Below are positions 39,341-51,127 of a stretch of 64,000 nt of DNA, in pieces. The translations under genes were made by a program, and so were the position numbers. The stretch is from positions 5,568-69,567 of the forward strand of contig CAZERC010000003.1 of assembly GCA_964515395.1 (NCBI GenBank), in the 5' to 3' direction. Position 1 is the stretch's first letter. Each line of letters begins with the position of its first letter. The notes under the pieces were generated by a model, which saw nothing but the letters and a program-made list of their open reading frames with translations, ran no database searches and was not told the origin of the DNA. This DNA is from an uncultured Synergistaceae bacterium (GTDB lineage: Bacteria > Synergistota > Synergistia > Synergistales > Thermovirgaceae).

Positions 39341-39679
39341 ATGACGAAGGTCCGTCTGGTCCGTAGAGAAGGCCGCACCGTGGGAATCGAGATACTTGGC
39401 CATGCAGGCTTTGCCGAAAAGGGCAATGATATCGTCTGCGCGGGCCTTTCGACGGTTATCCAGTCCCTGGTCATCGGCTTGACGGAGATTGTGGGGCGGA
39501 CCGACGTGGATATCCGGAGAAATCCAGAAGGCGGATATATGTCGGTGAAAATCGGCGGACCTGATGAAGAATGCGTTAGGGTTCTCATGGAGACGGCGGC
39601 AGAAAGCCTTCGGGCAATGGCCGAATCATATCCGTCGCATGTTTTGATTACGGAGGTGGACAATGATGAAGTTTTTTGA
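39341..39679 (+). CDS. prp: Ribosomal-processing cysteine protease Prp (YsxB)
   Basis: [14 protein letters not shown]; lies between rplU and rpmA. Confidence 0.93.
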   Translation: MTKVRLVRREGRTVGIEILGHAGFAEKGNDIVCAGLSTVIQSLVIGLTEIVGRTDVDIRRNPEGGYMSVKIGGPDEECVRVLMETAAESLRAMAESYPSHVLITEVDNDEVF

Positions 39680-39950
39680 TCTACAGCTATTCGCCCATAA
39701 AAAAGGTCAGGGGAGTACGACAAACGGCCGTGACAGCGTCAGCAAACGGCTTGGCATAAAGCGTTCCGACGGACAGGTCGTCAAGGCCGGCAATATTCTC
39801 GTCCGGCAGCGCGGCACGAAATATCACCCGGGACTGAACGTCGGTCGGGGCAAGGACGACACACTCTTCGCCCTTTCAGAAGGAACAGTTCGCTATCTCA
39901 CGAAGGCCGGCAGAAAGTTCGTGGCCGTAGAGCCTGGTACGACAGTGTAA
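39663..39950 (+). CDS. rpmA: 50S ribosomal protein L27 with Prp-cleaved N-terminal extension
   Basis: [29 protein letters not shown]. Confidence 0.98.
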   Translation: MMKFFDLQLFAHKKGQGSTTNGRDSVSKRLGIKRSDGQVVKAGNILVRQRGTKYHPGLNVGRGKDDTLFALSEGTVRYLTKAGRKFVAVEPGTTV

Positions 39951-40023
39951 AGGACTGGATGAATATATCCCGACACGCGGAAAATAATCGAAAAGCAGCA
40001 TCTTTTAATGGTGCAAAACGTAG

Positions 40024-42065
<2,042 letters not shown>

Positions 42066-42072
42066 TTTTCAA

Positions 42073-43341
42073 GTGTTGAAAAAAGGTGGCTTGTTCCTGG
42101 TACTGGCTGCAGTTCTTGCCATGGTTGCAGGGGCTGGAATCAAGCTTATGCCGATTTTTAGCCCTGATTCGGATTCCATCAAGCAGAATGTCACCTATGA
42201 CGAAAAGACGGGAACAATAAATCTTCTTGTTGTCGGCGTCGACGATATCCCTGGTGAAAAGACCCGAAGATCGGACACGGTTGCCGTGGCCTCCATCGAC
42301 ATCGACGAGAAGGTCGTGAGGATCATCTCCATCCCAAGGGATACACGTGTCCAGATTCCGGACAAGGGCTGGGAAAAACTGAATCATGCCTTTGCATACG
42401 GTGGCGTGGATCTGCTGAAAGAGACCATCGTCAATCTTCTTGGTATTCCCTTGCATTATCACGCGATTGTCAATTACGAAAGTTTCCCCCGGCTTGTGGA
42501 CCTCATTGGGGGGGTCGACATCAGTGTTTCGAAACGACTCAGGTACACCGACCGTGCCGGAGACCTTCATATCGATATTCCCAAGGGAGAACAGCATATG
42601 GATGGAGAAACGGCCCTGCAATATGTTCGTTTCAGGCATGACGCCCTGGGAGATATCGGACGGGTTGAGAGGCAGCAGAGATTTTTCAGGGCGGTTTTTG
42701 AAAAGATCAAACGACCGCAAATGCTGGCAAAAATTCCGGAAATCCTGCAACAGGGCCTGGAGCTCGTGGATACGAATATGTCCGTGAGCCAGGCCGTACA
42801 GCTCGTGGCGTACCTGAAAGACATCCCATCCTACCAGATGGCCATTGCCATGCTTCCCGGTCGTTCGGCCTACATTGCCGACGTCAGCTACTGGATTCCG
42901 GATTTGAGCGCAGCTTCGGAGCTGCTGACGGCGATGCCTTCTGAAGGACCAGTTTCGGCGGATGAAAAGGACAAAAAACAGCTGGATGGTCTGTCGTCTC
43001 CCGCTCCTGTGCAGGAAATTCTGGAAAAAATCGTTGAACCGGTAGTCGTGCTTAATGGAGTGGGAGAATCCGGCGTGGCCGGGGGCGCTTCCAGGCAACT
43101 CCAGCGAATAGGTATCGATGTGGCCTACGTAGGTAACGCAAGGCATTTCGACTACCAGTACACCTCGATACGATATCCCGAAAAACCGGCAAACGCTTCA
43201 GACAGTGCAGAGGCGCTGGCAATGCTGTGTGATCTTCCCGAAGAGGTCGTCAGGACTGACAATGACCTGGAAAATGTTACAATTATTTTTGGTAAAGATT
43301 ATGAAAGAGTCCTGAAGCACCTTGAAGCAACAAATCCGTGA
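42073..43341 (+). CDS. LCP family protein with LytR C-terminal domain
   Basis: TM anchor, RSDT, SIPRDT, KLNHAF, RFRH..GDIGRVERQQ, VLNGVG. Confidence 0.9.
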   Translation: MLKKGGLFLVLAAVLAMVAGAGIKLMPIFSPDSDSIKQNVTYDEKTGTINLLVVGVDDIPGEKTRRSDTVAVASIDIDEKVVRIISIPRDTRVQIPDKGWEKLNHAFAYGGVDLLKETIVNLLGIPLHYHAIVNYESFPRLVDLIGGVDISVSKRLRYTDRAGDLHIDIPKGEQHMDGETALQYVRFRHDALGDIGRVERQQRFFRAVFEKIKRPQMLAKIPEILQQGLELVDTNMSVSQAVQLVAYLKDIPSYQMAIAMLPGRSAYIADVSYWIPDLSAASELLTAMPSEGPVSADEKDKKQLDGLSSPAPVQEILEKIVEPVVVLNGVGESGVAGGASRQLQRIGIDVAYVGNARHFDYQYTSIRYPEKPANASDSAEALAMLCDLPEEVVRTDNDLENVTIIFGKDYERVLKHLEATNP

Positions 43342-43390
43342 AACTATTTCGGGAATTCCGACGTCAATCTGGTCAAGAGAGGGGGATGTG

Positions 43391-43759
43391 ATGCAGACAT
43401 CGGAAGCAGCCAATGTCAAGGAAATTGTTGACCTTCTTTCAGACAGGCATGGTGAAAAGATCGCCGTCATCAACCTGACGAGTCAATCGACCATTGCCGA
43501 TCATCTTGTCCTCGTTACAGGGAAATCCGATATCCACATGAAAACGCTCAAGGAATATGTAGCCGATTACTTTGAGGAGCAAAACCTGGATTTTTACGTC
43601 GAAGGCGAAAAGAGTCCGAAATGGATACTGATCGACGCGGGAGATGTGGTGGTCAGCGTATTCAGCAAAAAAGGCCGCGAGTTTTACCGTCTCGAAAGCA
43701 TCTGGGCCGATGCACCGATCGAATACTTCAGCGGCGAAGATGACGAAGACGAAATATGA
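43391..43759 (+). CDS. rsfS: Ribosome silencing factor
   Basis: IADHLV, WILIDAGDVVV, REFYRLESIW. Confidence 0.93.
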   Translation: MQTSEAANVKEIVDLLSDRHGEKIAVINLTSQSTIADHLVLVTGKSDIHMKTLKEYVADYFEEQNLDFYVEGEKSPKWILIDAGDVVVSVFSKKGREFYRLESIWADAPIEYFSGEDDEDEI

Positions 43760-43793
43760 CGCCATGCCGTACAAAGGGACAGAAGAAACATTG

Positions 43794-43828
43794 AAGGCGG
43801 AACCCTGTGGAACGGGTTCCGCCTTTTT
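43794..43828 (+). terminator. Rho-independent terminator after rsfS (may also serve the convergent tpiA)
   Basis: AAGGCGGAACCC-tgtggaac-GGGTTCCGCCTT-TTT. Confidence 0.85.
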
Positions 43829-43941
43829 GATGACCAAAAGGGATCGAACTTATCTGATTTCTGTCGAAGAACGATTTAAAGAGGGTATACGAAATTCAGA
43901 AGGTGTCCTATAATATATCTTATGTTGCGTTTTACCGAAGA

Positions 43942-44739
43942 CTATGGAAGTGCGGCTTCTGCGATTTCGAGAAAGCTCTCCGGATCCAGCGATGCGCCTC
44001 CGACCAGGACTCCGTTGACATTTTCCTGTGACAGCAGTTCGCGCGCGTTTTTCGGCTTGACACTTCCACCGTAAAGAATTCTTGCCTTTTGCGAGGCCTC
44101 CGGGCCAAACCTTGCGGTTATCCGTTCCCTGATGAATCGACAGGCGGATTCGGCATCATCCGGTGTTGCGGTATTACCAGTCCCGATGGCCCAGACGGGT
44201 TCATAGGCGATGTAGATTTTTTCCTCCCTGTCTATGGAGATGTCTTTGAAAGCCCCGTCGAACTGCCTGGCAAGCACTTCCTCCGTCTTGTCCTTCCCAC
44301 GTTCTTCTTCGGTTTCACCAATGCACAACACCGGCGTGAGGTCGTTGCTTCTGCAGGCTGCGATTTTTTTTGCCGTCATGTCGATGGTTTCCCCGAAAAT
44401 GTGACGTCTTTCGCTATGCCCGACAAGGGCGAAATTGCCGCCGGCTTCCCTGACCATGGGAGACGATATCTCGCCGGTAAAGGCACCGGTTTTCTCCCAG
44501 TGGATGTTTTGGGCTCCTGTGGCGCAAGGAAGCTTTGCAGCTAAAGTGTATGCACTAAATAAAGAGATCGCTGGAGGAAAAACGACAAGTTGAACGGAAC
44601 CGGTCGCAAGGGCCCGTTCAAGGTCGTTTTTGGCAGAAAGGAGCTTTTTGAGGTGTCCGAAGTAATCCGATGTTTCCTTCACGCCGTTGTTCATCTTCCA
44701 GTTCCCGGCGATGACGACGGGTTCGCGTTTGTCCATCAT
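43942..44739 (-). CDS. tpiA: Triosephosphate isomerase
   Basis: AGNWKM, GHSERR, AYEPVWAIGTG, LYGGSV, VGGASL. Confidence 0.97.
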   Translation of the reverse strand: MMDKREPVVIAGNWKMNNGVKETSDYFGHLKKLLSAKNDLERALATGSVQLVVFPPAISLFSAYTLAAKLPCATGAQNIHWEKTGAFTGEISSPMVREAGGNFALVGHSERRHIFGETIDMTAKKIAACRSNDLTPVLCIGETEEERGKDKTEEVLARQFDGAFKDISIDREEKIYIAYEPVWAIGTGNTATPDDAESACRFIRERITARFGPEASQKARILYGGSVKPKNARELLSQENVNGVLVGGASLDPESFLEIAEAALP

Positions 44740-45953
44740 TCGACGGACTCACTCCCTTCTTTTTCGTAGAGAGGCTCCAGCCCGGGAAGTGACTTTCCTT
44801 CGAAAAATTCCAGGCTTGCTCCCCCGCCCGTCGACACGTGGGTGACGCCCTTCTCAAACCCCAGGCTGTAGGCGGCTGCAGCGGTGTCGCCTCCTCCGAG
44901 GACCGTTATGGCGCCATCTTCCGTCCGTCTTGATATCGCCTCTCCGATGAATTTCGTGCCTTCTGCAAAGGCAGGCCGTTCGAACATTCCCATCGGACCG
45001 TTCCAGAGGACCGACCGCGCTTCGGCAATGTAACCTGCGAAATCATCCCTTGTTGCGGGGCCGATATCGAGTCCCATCATGTCCTCGGGTATGGAGTCGG
45101 CGGTGACCGTGGTGACGGTGTCCTCGTGTTCGGGGGTATCGGAAGCGACGAAATCCCGGGGCAAAACCAGCCTGACATTCATGGAGGCCGTTTTTTTCAG
45201 AATGTAACGAGCCTTTTCAGTGTTTTCCCCGTCGCACTTCGAACGTCCCACAGAAAGGCCGCCGGCCTTCAGGAATGGAAAGGCCATGGCTCCTCCTACG
45301 AGAATGACCGAAGCCTTCCCGGCCATGTTCTCCACGAGGCCGATCTTGTCTGTCACTTTCGCTCCGCCCAAGACAAGAACCAGGGGCTTTTGCGGTTCGT
45401 CCCTCACGGCCTTCAGGAAACGGATCTCCTTCTCGATCAGAAATCCCGCGAAAGCCGGAAGGTAGTCGGCAACACCCCTTGTGGACGCGTGGGCCCTGTG
45501 AGCCGCACTGAAGGCGTCCATGACGAAAAGGTCGAAAGGTGCGGCCAGCTTCTTTGAGAAATCCGGGTCATTGGCTTCTTCCCCGGGGTGAAACCGGGTG
45601 TTTTCCAAAAGGACAAGGCCGCCGTCCTCCAGTTCCTCGAGGAAACCGGGCAGATCAGCGCCGATGCAGTCTTCCATGAAAGGAACATCGATTTCCAGAA
45701 GTTCTCGTAGCCTGGCGCACAGCGGCCTCAGTGACAATTCCGTCACGGGTTTTCCCCTGGGTCTGCCCAGGTGGGAGGCAAGTGCCGTCCTTGCCCCCCT
45801 TTCCCGGAGAAACCGGATCGTTTCAAGATGGGCGCGGATTCTCGTATCGTCGGTGATACGGCTTTTTTCCATGGGGACGTTAAAATCCACCCTGAGAAGG
45901 ACTTTCCTGCCGCTGAGCCGGGCGGAAGAGACATCTTTCAGCACCATCGGCAT
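44736..45953 (-). CDS. pgk: Phosphoglycerate kinase
   Basis: RVDFNVP, SHLGRP, LENTRF, GGAKV, WNGPMG, STGGGASL. Confidence 0.97.
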   Translation of the reverse strand: MPMVLKDVSSARLSGRKVLLRVDFNVPMEKSRITDDTRIRAHLETIRFLRERGARTALASHLGRPRGKPVTELSLRPLCARLRELLEIDVPFMEDCIGADLPGFLEELEDGGLVLLENTRFHPGEEANDPDFSKKLAAPFDLFVMDAFSAAHRAHASTRGVADYLPAFAGFLIEKEIRFLKAVRDEPQKPLVLVLGGAKVTDKIGLVENMAGKASVILVGGAMAFPFLKAGGLSVGRSKCDGENTEKARYILKKTASMNVRLVLPRDFVASDTPEHEDTVTTVTADSIPEDMMGLDIGPATRDDFAGYIAEARSVLWNGPMGMFERPAFAEGTKFIGEAISRRTEDGAITVLGGGDTAAAAYSLGFEKGVTHVSTGGGASLEFFEGKSLPGLEPLYEKEGSESVE

Positions 45954-46970
45954 TTACAACCCCTTTTTGACCATGTAGTTCACAAGGTCCAGCACCCTGC
46001 AGGCGTACCCCCACTCATTGTCGTACCAGGCAAGGGTTTTTACCATGTTTTCGACAACCATAGTGTGATTCCCCGCGAATATGGAGGAACGACTGTCGCC
46101 CAAAAAATCCATAGAGACGAGATCTTCCGTTTCGTATCCAAGGATGCCCTTGAGTGCGCCATTCGAGTATTCTTTTACGGCTTCGTTGACGGTTTCGGCG
46201 TCGACGGGGGTTTTCAGTTCCGCCGTGAGGTCGACCACCGAGACGTCAGGTGTCGGCACCCGCATGGCGATCCCGTTGAGCTTCCCCTGCATTTCGGGAA
46301 TCACTTTTCCGATCGCCGCCGCCGCGCCCGTCGTCGTCGGGATTATGGAAAGCGCTCCAGCGCGTCCTCGATGCATCTTTTTATGGGCCGAGTCCTGTAT
46401 TTTCTGGTCGTTGGTGTAGGAATGAGCGGTGGTCATCAATCCTTTGACTATTCCAAACCGCTCGTGAAGGACCTTTACCACCGGAGCAAGACAGTTGGTC
46501 GTGCAGGAAGCATTCGAAACGATCTGGTGGGACCCGGGATCATAGATGTTCTCGTTGACGCCGAGCACTATCGTGGCGTCCTCGTTTTGCGCAGGAGCCG
46601 TAATCACGACTTTCCTCGCTCCCGCATCGATATGTTGTTTTGCCTTGTTACCGTCCGTGTAGAGGCCCGAGGATTCGATGACGATGTCGACCCCCATATC
46701 CTTCCAGGGAAGCTCCCCGGCCTCCCTGACCTGGAGAGCGCGAACTTCTTCTCCGTTGATCGTTATCGAGTCCGGCCCCGATTCCACTGTGCCCGAAAAG
46801 CGCCTGTGGATCGAATCATATTTGAAGAGGTAAGCCCTTTGCTCGGGGGTGATAACGTCGTTGGTGGCGACGATCTCCAGAAGGTTCCCGGAATCCTGCT
46901 CATGGAAAGCCCGAAGAACGAGTCTGCCAATCCTTCCGAAACCATTGATGGCTACACGTGTTTTTTTCAT
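45954..46970 (-). CDS. gap: Type I glyceraldehyde-3-phosphate dehydrogenase
   Basis: NGFGRIGR, ASCTTNCL, WYDNEWGY. Confidence 0.98.
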   Translation of the reverse strand: MKKTRVAINGFGRIGRLVLRAFHEQDSGNLLEIVATNDVITPEQRAYLFKYDSIHRRFSGTVESGPDSITINGEEVRALQVREAGELPWKDMGVDIVIESSGLYTDGNKAKQHIDAGARKVVITAPAQNEDATIVLGVNENIYDPGSHQIVSNASCTTNCLAPVVKVLHERFGIVKGLMTTAHSYTNDQKIQDSAHKKMHRGRAGALSIIPTTTGAAAAIGKVIPEMQGKLNGIAMRVPTPDVSVVDLTAELKTPVDAETVNEAVKEYSNGALKGILGYETEDLVSMDFLGDSRSSIFAGNHTMVVENMVKTLAWYDNEWGYACRVLDLVNYMVKKGL

Positions 46971-47103
46971 ATCCTTTTTCCTCCTCGACAGTGTTGAGAT
47001 TTTTCAAGATCGTGGCTCCAGGGTCCTTGAGCGGCCCGTCGCAGAAAAAAACCGCTCGCGAAAAAAGATTCGTGAACCGAAGCTCCTTCTCTCCTCCGGT
47101 CTG

Positions 47104-49089
47104 TCAGATGCTTCTTTCCTTCTGAAGGTCTTCATCGATGACCCTGAGAATCTCTCCGACACTAATGGCTGAAAGGGCGTCCCCATGGGCGCGATAGGGC
47201 ATGCTCCCATCAAAGTTCTGCGCGATTCCTCCGAGGCATCCGTGACGAAGATGGGCCTTGAATGGGCGGATAAAACACCACGCAAGATCCTGCCTGTCAG
47301 GATTGAATTTGATGAAGGCCGTGATGAACTGTCCCAGAAGCCACGGCCATGCCATGCCCCGGAACCGGGCCTTTTCCCTTTGATCGAGCCGGCCTTCGCA
47401 CCTGCCCTTGTACTTGTCATGATGAGGATCGAGAGTTCTGAGTCCGTATGTCGTGTAGAGCTCTCTCCAGCATGTTTCCGTTATGGAACGGCCGCGCTCG
47501 GGATCAAGAGGAGACGCCGGGAGCGAAACCGCCAGGATCTGGTTGCACCGTATCGCGTCGTCATAGTGATCTCCGTCGACCCAGTCCTTGAGATAGCCCT
47601 TTTCAGACCAGAACGTCTCCTGGAATGAGATTCTGACCTTTTCGGCAAGTTCGCCGAAGGATTTTTGGCTTTGTCCGTCCTCAAGAAGTTCGGCAAAATG
47701 TTCCATTTTCCGAAGGACGTAATACCAGAGGGCGTTGATTTCGACGAGTTTGCCTTTCCGCTTCACCACGGGTTTCCCGTTGATGTCGCCATTCATCCAG
47801 TGCCTTTCAGGATTGTCGGAAGAAAGCAACAGCAAGCCGTCGTCGTCGCAGGAAAGGTCAAGCTCGGGAATCGGCTCCATGTAGCGGTTCACGAGCCTTT
47901 TGAGATCTTGCCAGCGGGACTTTATGGCTTCCATGCTCTCCATGGTGTCGGTGAACTTGTCCATGGCGTAGACAAACCAGAGCCCGCTGTCTGCAGCTGT
48001 TGTTACATATTTCCCTGTGGCCGGATCGATTTCCGTTGGCATGATGTCACCGTTGTTCTTCGCCTTTTCCATCCAGTTTTCGAGAATGGCAAGGGCCGTA
48101 TCAAACTTCCCGGAAGCCCTGGAGAGGCCCGGCAGGGCTATAAAGGTATCTCGGGCGACTTCTTTTACGGAAGGGTAACCTGTCAAAATGGCAGCTTTGT
48201 TTTCGGCATCTTCAATAAAACAGTGCATTGCCGCCTGTAGAAGTTCTGAAGAAAATGCCGCCTTGTCGACGATGTGGGAATCCCGGGTCTTGTTGCGTAT
48301 CCATTGGATGGTTTCCCTCTCCATCCGCTCGAGGGTCGCAGGTTCAGTAGCAGCGGGTTCCGCTCCGGCGACGACATAGACTACATCGCCTTCGGCCATT
48401 TCGAAGGCCAGTGAACCAGGTGACCAGAGATCTTCCAGTCTGTCCGGTTCTTCTGCGCATTCGTCAAGGGCGTAGAAAATGTTTTCGAACCAGAGGGGTT
48501 TGTATTGCCAATCGCCCCGGGTTCCATGAATGTGGCTGTGAAATCCGTTGCCACTTATTGTCAAGGTGTTTTCCGAAACTTCCGCCTTGAATGCTTCTTT
48601 CGACGTGGCCTTTCTGTTGATTGAAGAAACAGGGCGGTGTGCGCACAAAGGTCGGAGCTCGATCTGCACCGTTTCAGGGCTTGACAGAAGCTCGTACTTT
48701 ATTACCGTACTCTGGGAATCCCTGGGCATGAAAATCGTCTTTTTCAGCAGGGTGCTGTGTATGACAAACAGCGTGCTTGGAAGGGGATTGGCCTCATATT
48801 CCTGAATATACCGGTATCCGTCAGGATACACCACATCTTTATATCGATTGGTCGAGAGCTGGTATTTCTTTCTGTCGGTAAAAAGCGTTTCCTCGACCTT
48901 GCTTATCAGGACCGTTGGGAGCGCCGACCGGTCTTTTTTGACCACCAGAAGCCCATGTTCCCTTCGCGTGTTGGCTCCGACAACGGTTGAGAAACCGTAA
49001 CCTCCCTGTCCGTTCGAAACCAGAAACTCCCGGCCGGCACCTTTTTCAAAGGTGTTTACATCCGCTTTGCCGAGGTACATCGCAATCAT
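47104..49089 (-). CDS. Amylo-alpha-1,6-glucosidase (glycogen debranching enzyme) homolog with altered active-site motifs
   Basis: N-terminal REFLVSNGQGGY..NTRREHGLL; C-terminal RDTFIALPGL, GKLVEINALWY, RCNQILA, YGLRTL, WPWLLG; but WMN and AQNFDG where WMD and SEIFDG are expected. Confidence 0.85.
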   Translation of the reverse strand: MIAMYLGKADVNTFEKGAGREFLVSNGQGGYGFSTVVGANTRREHGLLVVKKDRSALPTVLISKVEETLFTDRKKYQLSTNRYKDVVYPDGYRYIQEYEANPLPSTLFVIHSTLLKKTIFMPRDSQSTVIKYELLSSPETVQIELRPLCAHRPVSSINRKATSKEAFKAEVSENTLTISGNGFHSHIHGTRGDWQYKPLWFENIFYALDECAEEPDRLEDLWSPGSLAFEMAEGDVVYVVAGAEPAATEPATLERMERETIQWIRNKTRDSHIVDKAAFSSELLQAAMHCFIEDAENKAAILTGYPSVKEVARDTFIALPGLSRASGKFDTALAILENWMEKAKNNGDIMPTEIDPATGKYVTTAADSGLWFVYAMDKFTDTMESMEAIKSRWQDLKRLVNRYMEPIPELDLSCDDDGLLLLSSDNPERHWMNGDINGKPVVKRKGKLVEINALWYYVLRKMEHFAELLEDGQSQKSFGELAEKVRISFQETFWSEKGYLKDWVDGDHYDDAIRCNQILAVSLPASPLDPERGRSITETCWRELYTTYGLRTLDPHHDKYKGRCEGRLDQREKARFRGMAWPWLLGQFITAFIKFNPDRQDLAWCFIRPFKAHLRHGCLGGIAQNFDGSMPYRAHGDALSAISVGEILRVIDEDLQKERSI

Positions 49090-49991
49090 CCCCCTTCGCC
49101 TGGATACGACTCTTCAGCAATGTGTTTCATTTTCCTCCATCTATATTCTATCGTACTTTTGCTCACTGGTTTTTGCAAAAGCTCCCCCAATTCTTTCATA
49201 GTGGCCGTCGGGTTCTCGATTCTCGCTTTTGCAAGATCGCGGTACTCTGCTGGCATCTTTTCAAGTCTGCCTGTTTCGGCAAGCCGAAGAGCTATCATCT
49301 CCTGCTTCCGGGCGGCTTCAAGGGTTTTCCTGATGTTGGCGGCATCGCAGTTGACGAGTCGATTTGCCCTGTCCCGTACAGATCTCAGAAGGGCCTTTTC
49401 CTCCAGTTCAAGTGATGTCCTGAAAAGGTGCATCCCTGTCAGGACATTCACGATACTGCCCTGATCCCTGATGGTCAATTCCTTGAGACCGTTCCTTTGC
49501 CTTGTGCGGACCTGGATATTCTGTCGCTTGAGAATTGTGGCAGCCCGGTCAAGGGCTCCCCTTTCGTGTTCTTTGGTAATCCTGAAGACAAGATAATAGC
49601 CACTACGCGGGAGGTAGAGGGATGCGCAGGAACCGAAAAACCCACGAAGCCAGGCCCATCCCTTTGGACCCGACGTGCATGTTGCGGCTCTATCAATCAT
49701 GGCCGTGTACAGATTGGCCGATAAACAGAGAAGGATTTTGCCGTGATAGCTTTTGGGGATAAGAAGTGTCTGCGAGAAGGAAGCTTTCGATGCCCAACCG
49801 GAGTTGTCCCATATCTTCCGGAGCCGTTTGAAGACGTGAAGCCTGCCGTTCGAGCACAGCACATCTTTCCCCCGGAACTTTCCGGGCATGCCGGAGATGA
49901 TTCCGGAAACCTCTTCGGACTGGTGTCCCAGCCCGAAAGCAGGCTCTCCCTCGGTCCACTCATCCCAGAGCAGGCTTTCCAGGCGTTTCAT
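49086..49991 (-). CDS. whiA: DNA-binding protein WhiA
   Basis: WLRGFF, NRLVNCDAANI, ARIENP..ELGELL..VSKS; follows yvcK. Confidence 0.9.
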   Translation of the reverse strand: MKRLESLLWDEWTEGEPAFGLGHQSEEVSGIISGMPGKFRGKDVLCSNGRLHVFKRLRKIWDNSGWASKASFSQTLLIPKSYHGKILLCLSANLYTAMIDRAATCTSGPKGWAWLRGFFGSCASLYLPRSGYYLVFRITKEHERGALDRAATILKRQNIQVRTRQRNGLKELTIRDQGSIVNVLTGMHLFRTSLELEEKALLRSVRDRANRLVNCDAANIRKTLEAARKQEMIALRLAETGRLEKMPAEYRDLAKARIENPTATMKELGELLQKPVSKSTIEYRWRKMKHIAEESYPGEGG

Positions 49992-51127
49992 TACCGGTTT
50001 TCCCTGACCTCCCTGACGATTTTCACGATCGTTTCCGCAAGTTTTTGCGTATGATGCCGAAGAGTTCCGGATTCCGTGACATGTATGAAATTCCCTGTCA
50101 AGATTTTGCATCCGGCTTTTTCAAGGGCGTCTGCTTGCCTTTCGTCAAGTATGAGGGCATCGGCTCCGCTTGCCTTGTAGGCTTCAAGATATTGATCGGG
50201 AATCCGTCCCGTGTTTGCGATTACGTAATCCGGATAGCAGCCGAGACTTTGTCGTATCCATTCTACATGGTCCAGAATGTTCATGTCTGGTGTCTCGCCG
50301 GGTTGGGTCATCAGGTTCACGATATATACTTTCGGAGCAGATATGGTTGAAAGGCTTTCCGCCACGTCCTTGATGAGGAGATTGGGCAGGATGCTGGTAA
50401 AGAGGCTTCCAGGTCCAAGGATAATGGCATCGGCCGTACGAAAGGCCGCAAGGACGTCAGGAACGGGTCTCGCATCGCGAGGTTCTATCCACACCGACTG
50501 GATGTCCGCCCCTCTTCCGGTGATTTCCAGTTCGCCCCTGAGAATTTCACCTTTTCCCGTTTTACCTGCAATGGTGACGGCTTCCGTAGTGACGGGCAGA
50601 ACGCGCCCGCGAATGGCGAGAAGATGATTCAACTCCTCGACGGCAAGGTGAAAATCACCGGTCAGCTCTGTTGTGGCGAGGAGAATGAGATTCCCCAGAT
50701 TGTGTCCAGCAAGTTCTCCCCTGTCAAAGCGGAAATTGAGGATGCTGTTGAGGGAACTGTCGTGTTCCGCCAGTGAAACCAGGCAGTTTCTTATGTCTCC
50801 GGGAGGGAGGACGCCCCATTCATTCTTCAGTCGTCCGGAGCTTCCACCTTCATCGGTCACCGTAACGACAGCGGTGATGTTCTGCGTGTAGGCTTTCAGG
50901 CCGGCGAGCAACGTGGAAAGGCCGGTCCCGCCGCCGATTGCAACGATTTCCGGTCCTTGTGTCAGGCGATGCCTGACGGCCTTGGTCATGACGTTCTGGG
51001 TCCTGGAATCGGATTTTTGTTTTCCTGACGGTTTTTCCTCGCGTTCCTCTCTCAGGACAAGGGAGATGAGAAACACCACCGCTCCACCGGAAAGCAGACC
51101 GAGGGTAAAGGCAGACCACCAGCTCAT
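49991..51127 (-). CDS. yvcK: YvcK/GlmR (CofD-like) UDP-GlcNAc-binding protein with N-terminal TM segment
   Basis: IGGGTGL, DEGGSSG, PPGDIRNC, GHNLGN, GPGSLFTS, NLMTQPGET. Confidence 0.92.
   Translation of the reverse strand: MSWWSAFTLGLLSGGAVVFLISLVLREEREEKPSGKQKSDSRTQNVMTKAVRHRLTQGPEIVAIGGGTGLSTLLAGLKAYTQNITAVVTVTDEGGSSGRLKNEWGVLPPGDIRNCLVSLAEHDSSLNSILNFRFDRGELAGHNLGNLILLATTELTGDFHLAVEELNHLLAIRGRVLPVTTEAVTIAGKTGKGEILRGELEITGRGADIQSVWIEPRDARPVPDVLAAFRTADAIILGPGSLFTSILPNLLIKDVAESLSTISAPKVYIVNLMTQPGETPDMNILDHVEWIRQSLGCYPDYVIANTGRIPDQYLEAYKASGADALILDERQADALEKAGCKILTGNFIHVTESGTLRHHTQKLAETIVKIVREVRENR

Noticed and set aside
39341..39950. Prp plus extended L27 as a novelty
   Set aside because: Already described system; useful here only as a taxonomic hint
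43830..43941. AT-rich gap with TATAAT (43909-43914) pointing antisense into tpiA
   Set aside because: No convincing -35, ORF or RNA structure; not enough to call an sRNA
45771..46997. 408-aa ORF antisense to gap
   Set aside because: Codon-bias shadow ORF overlapping gap/pgk
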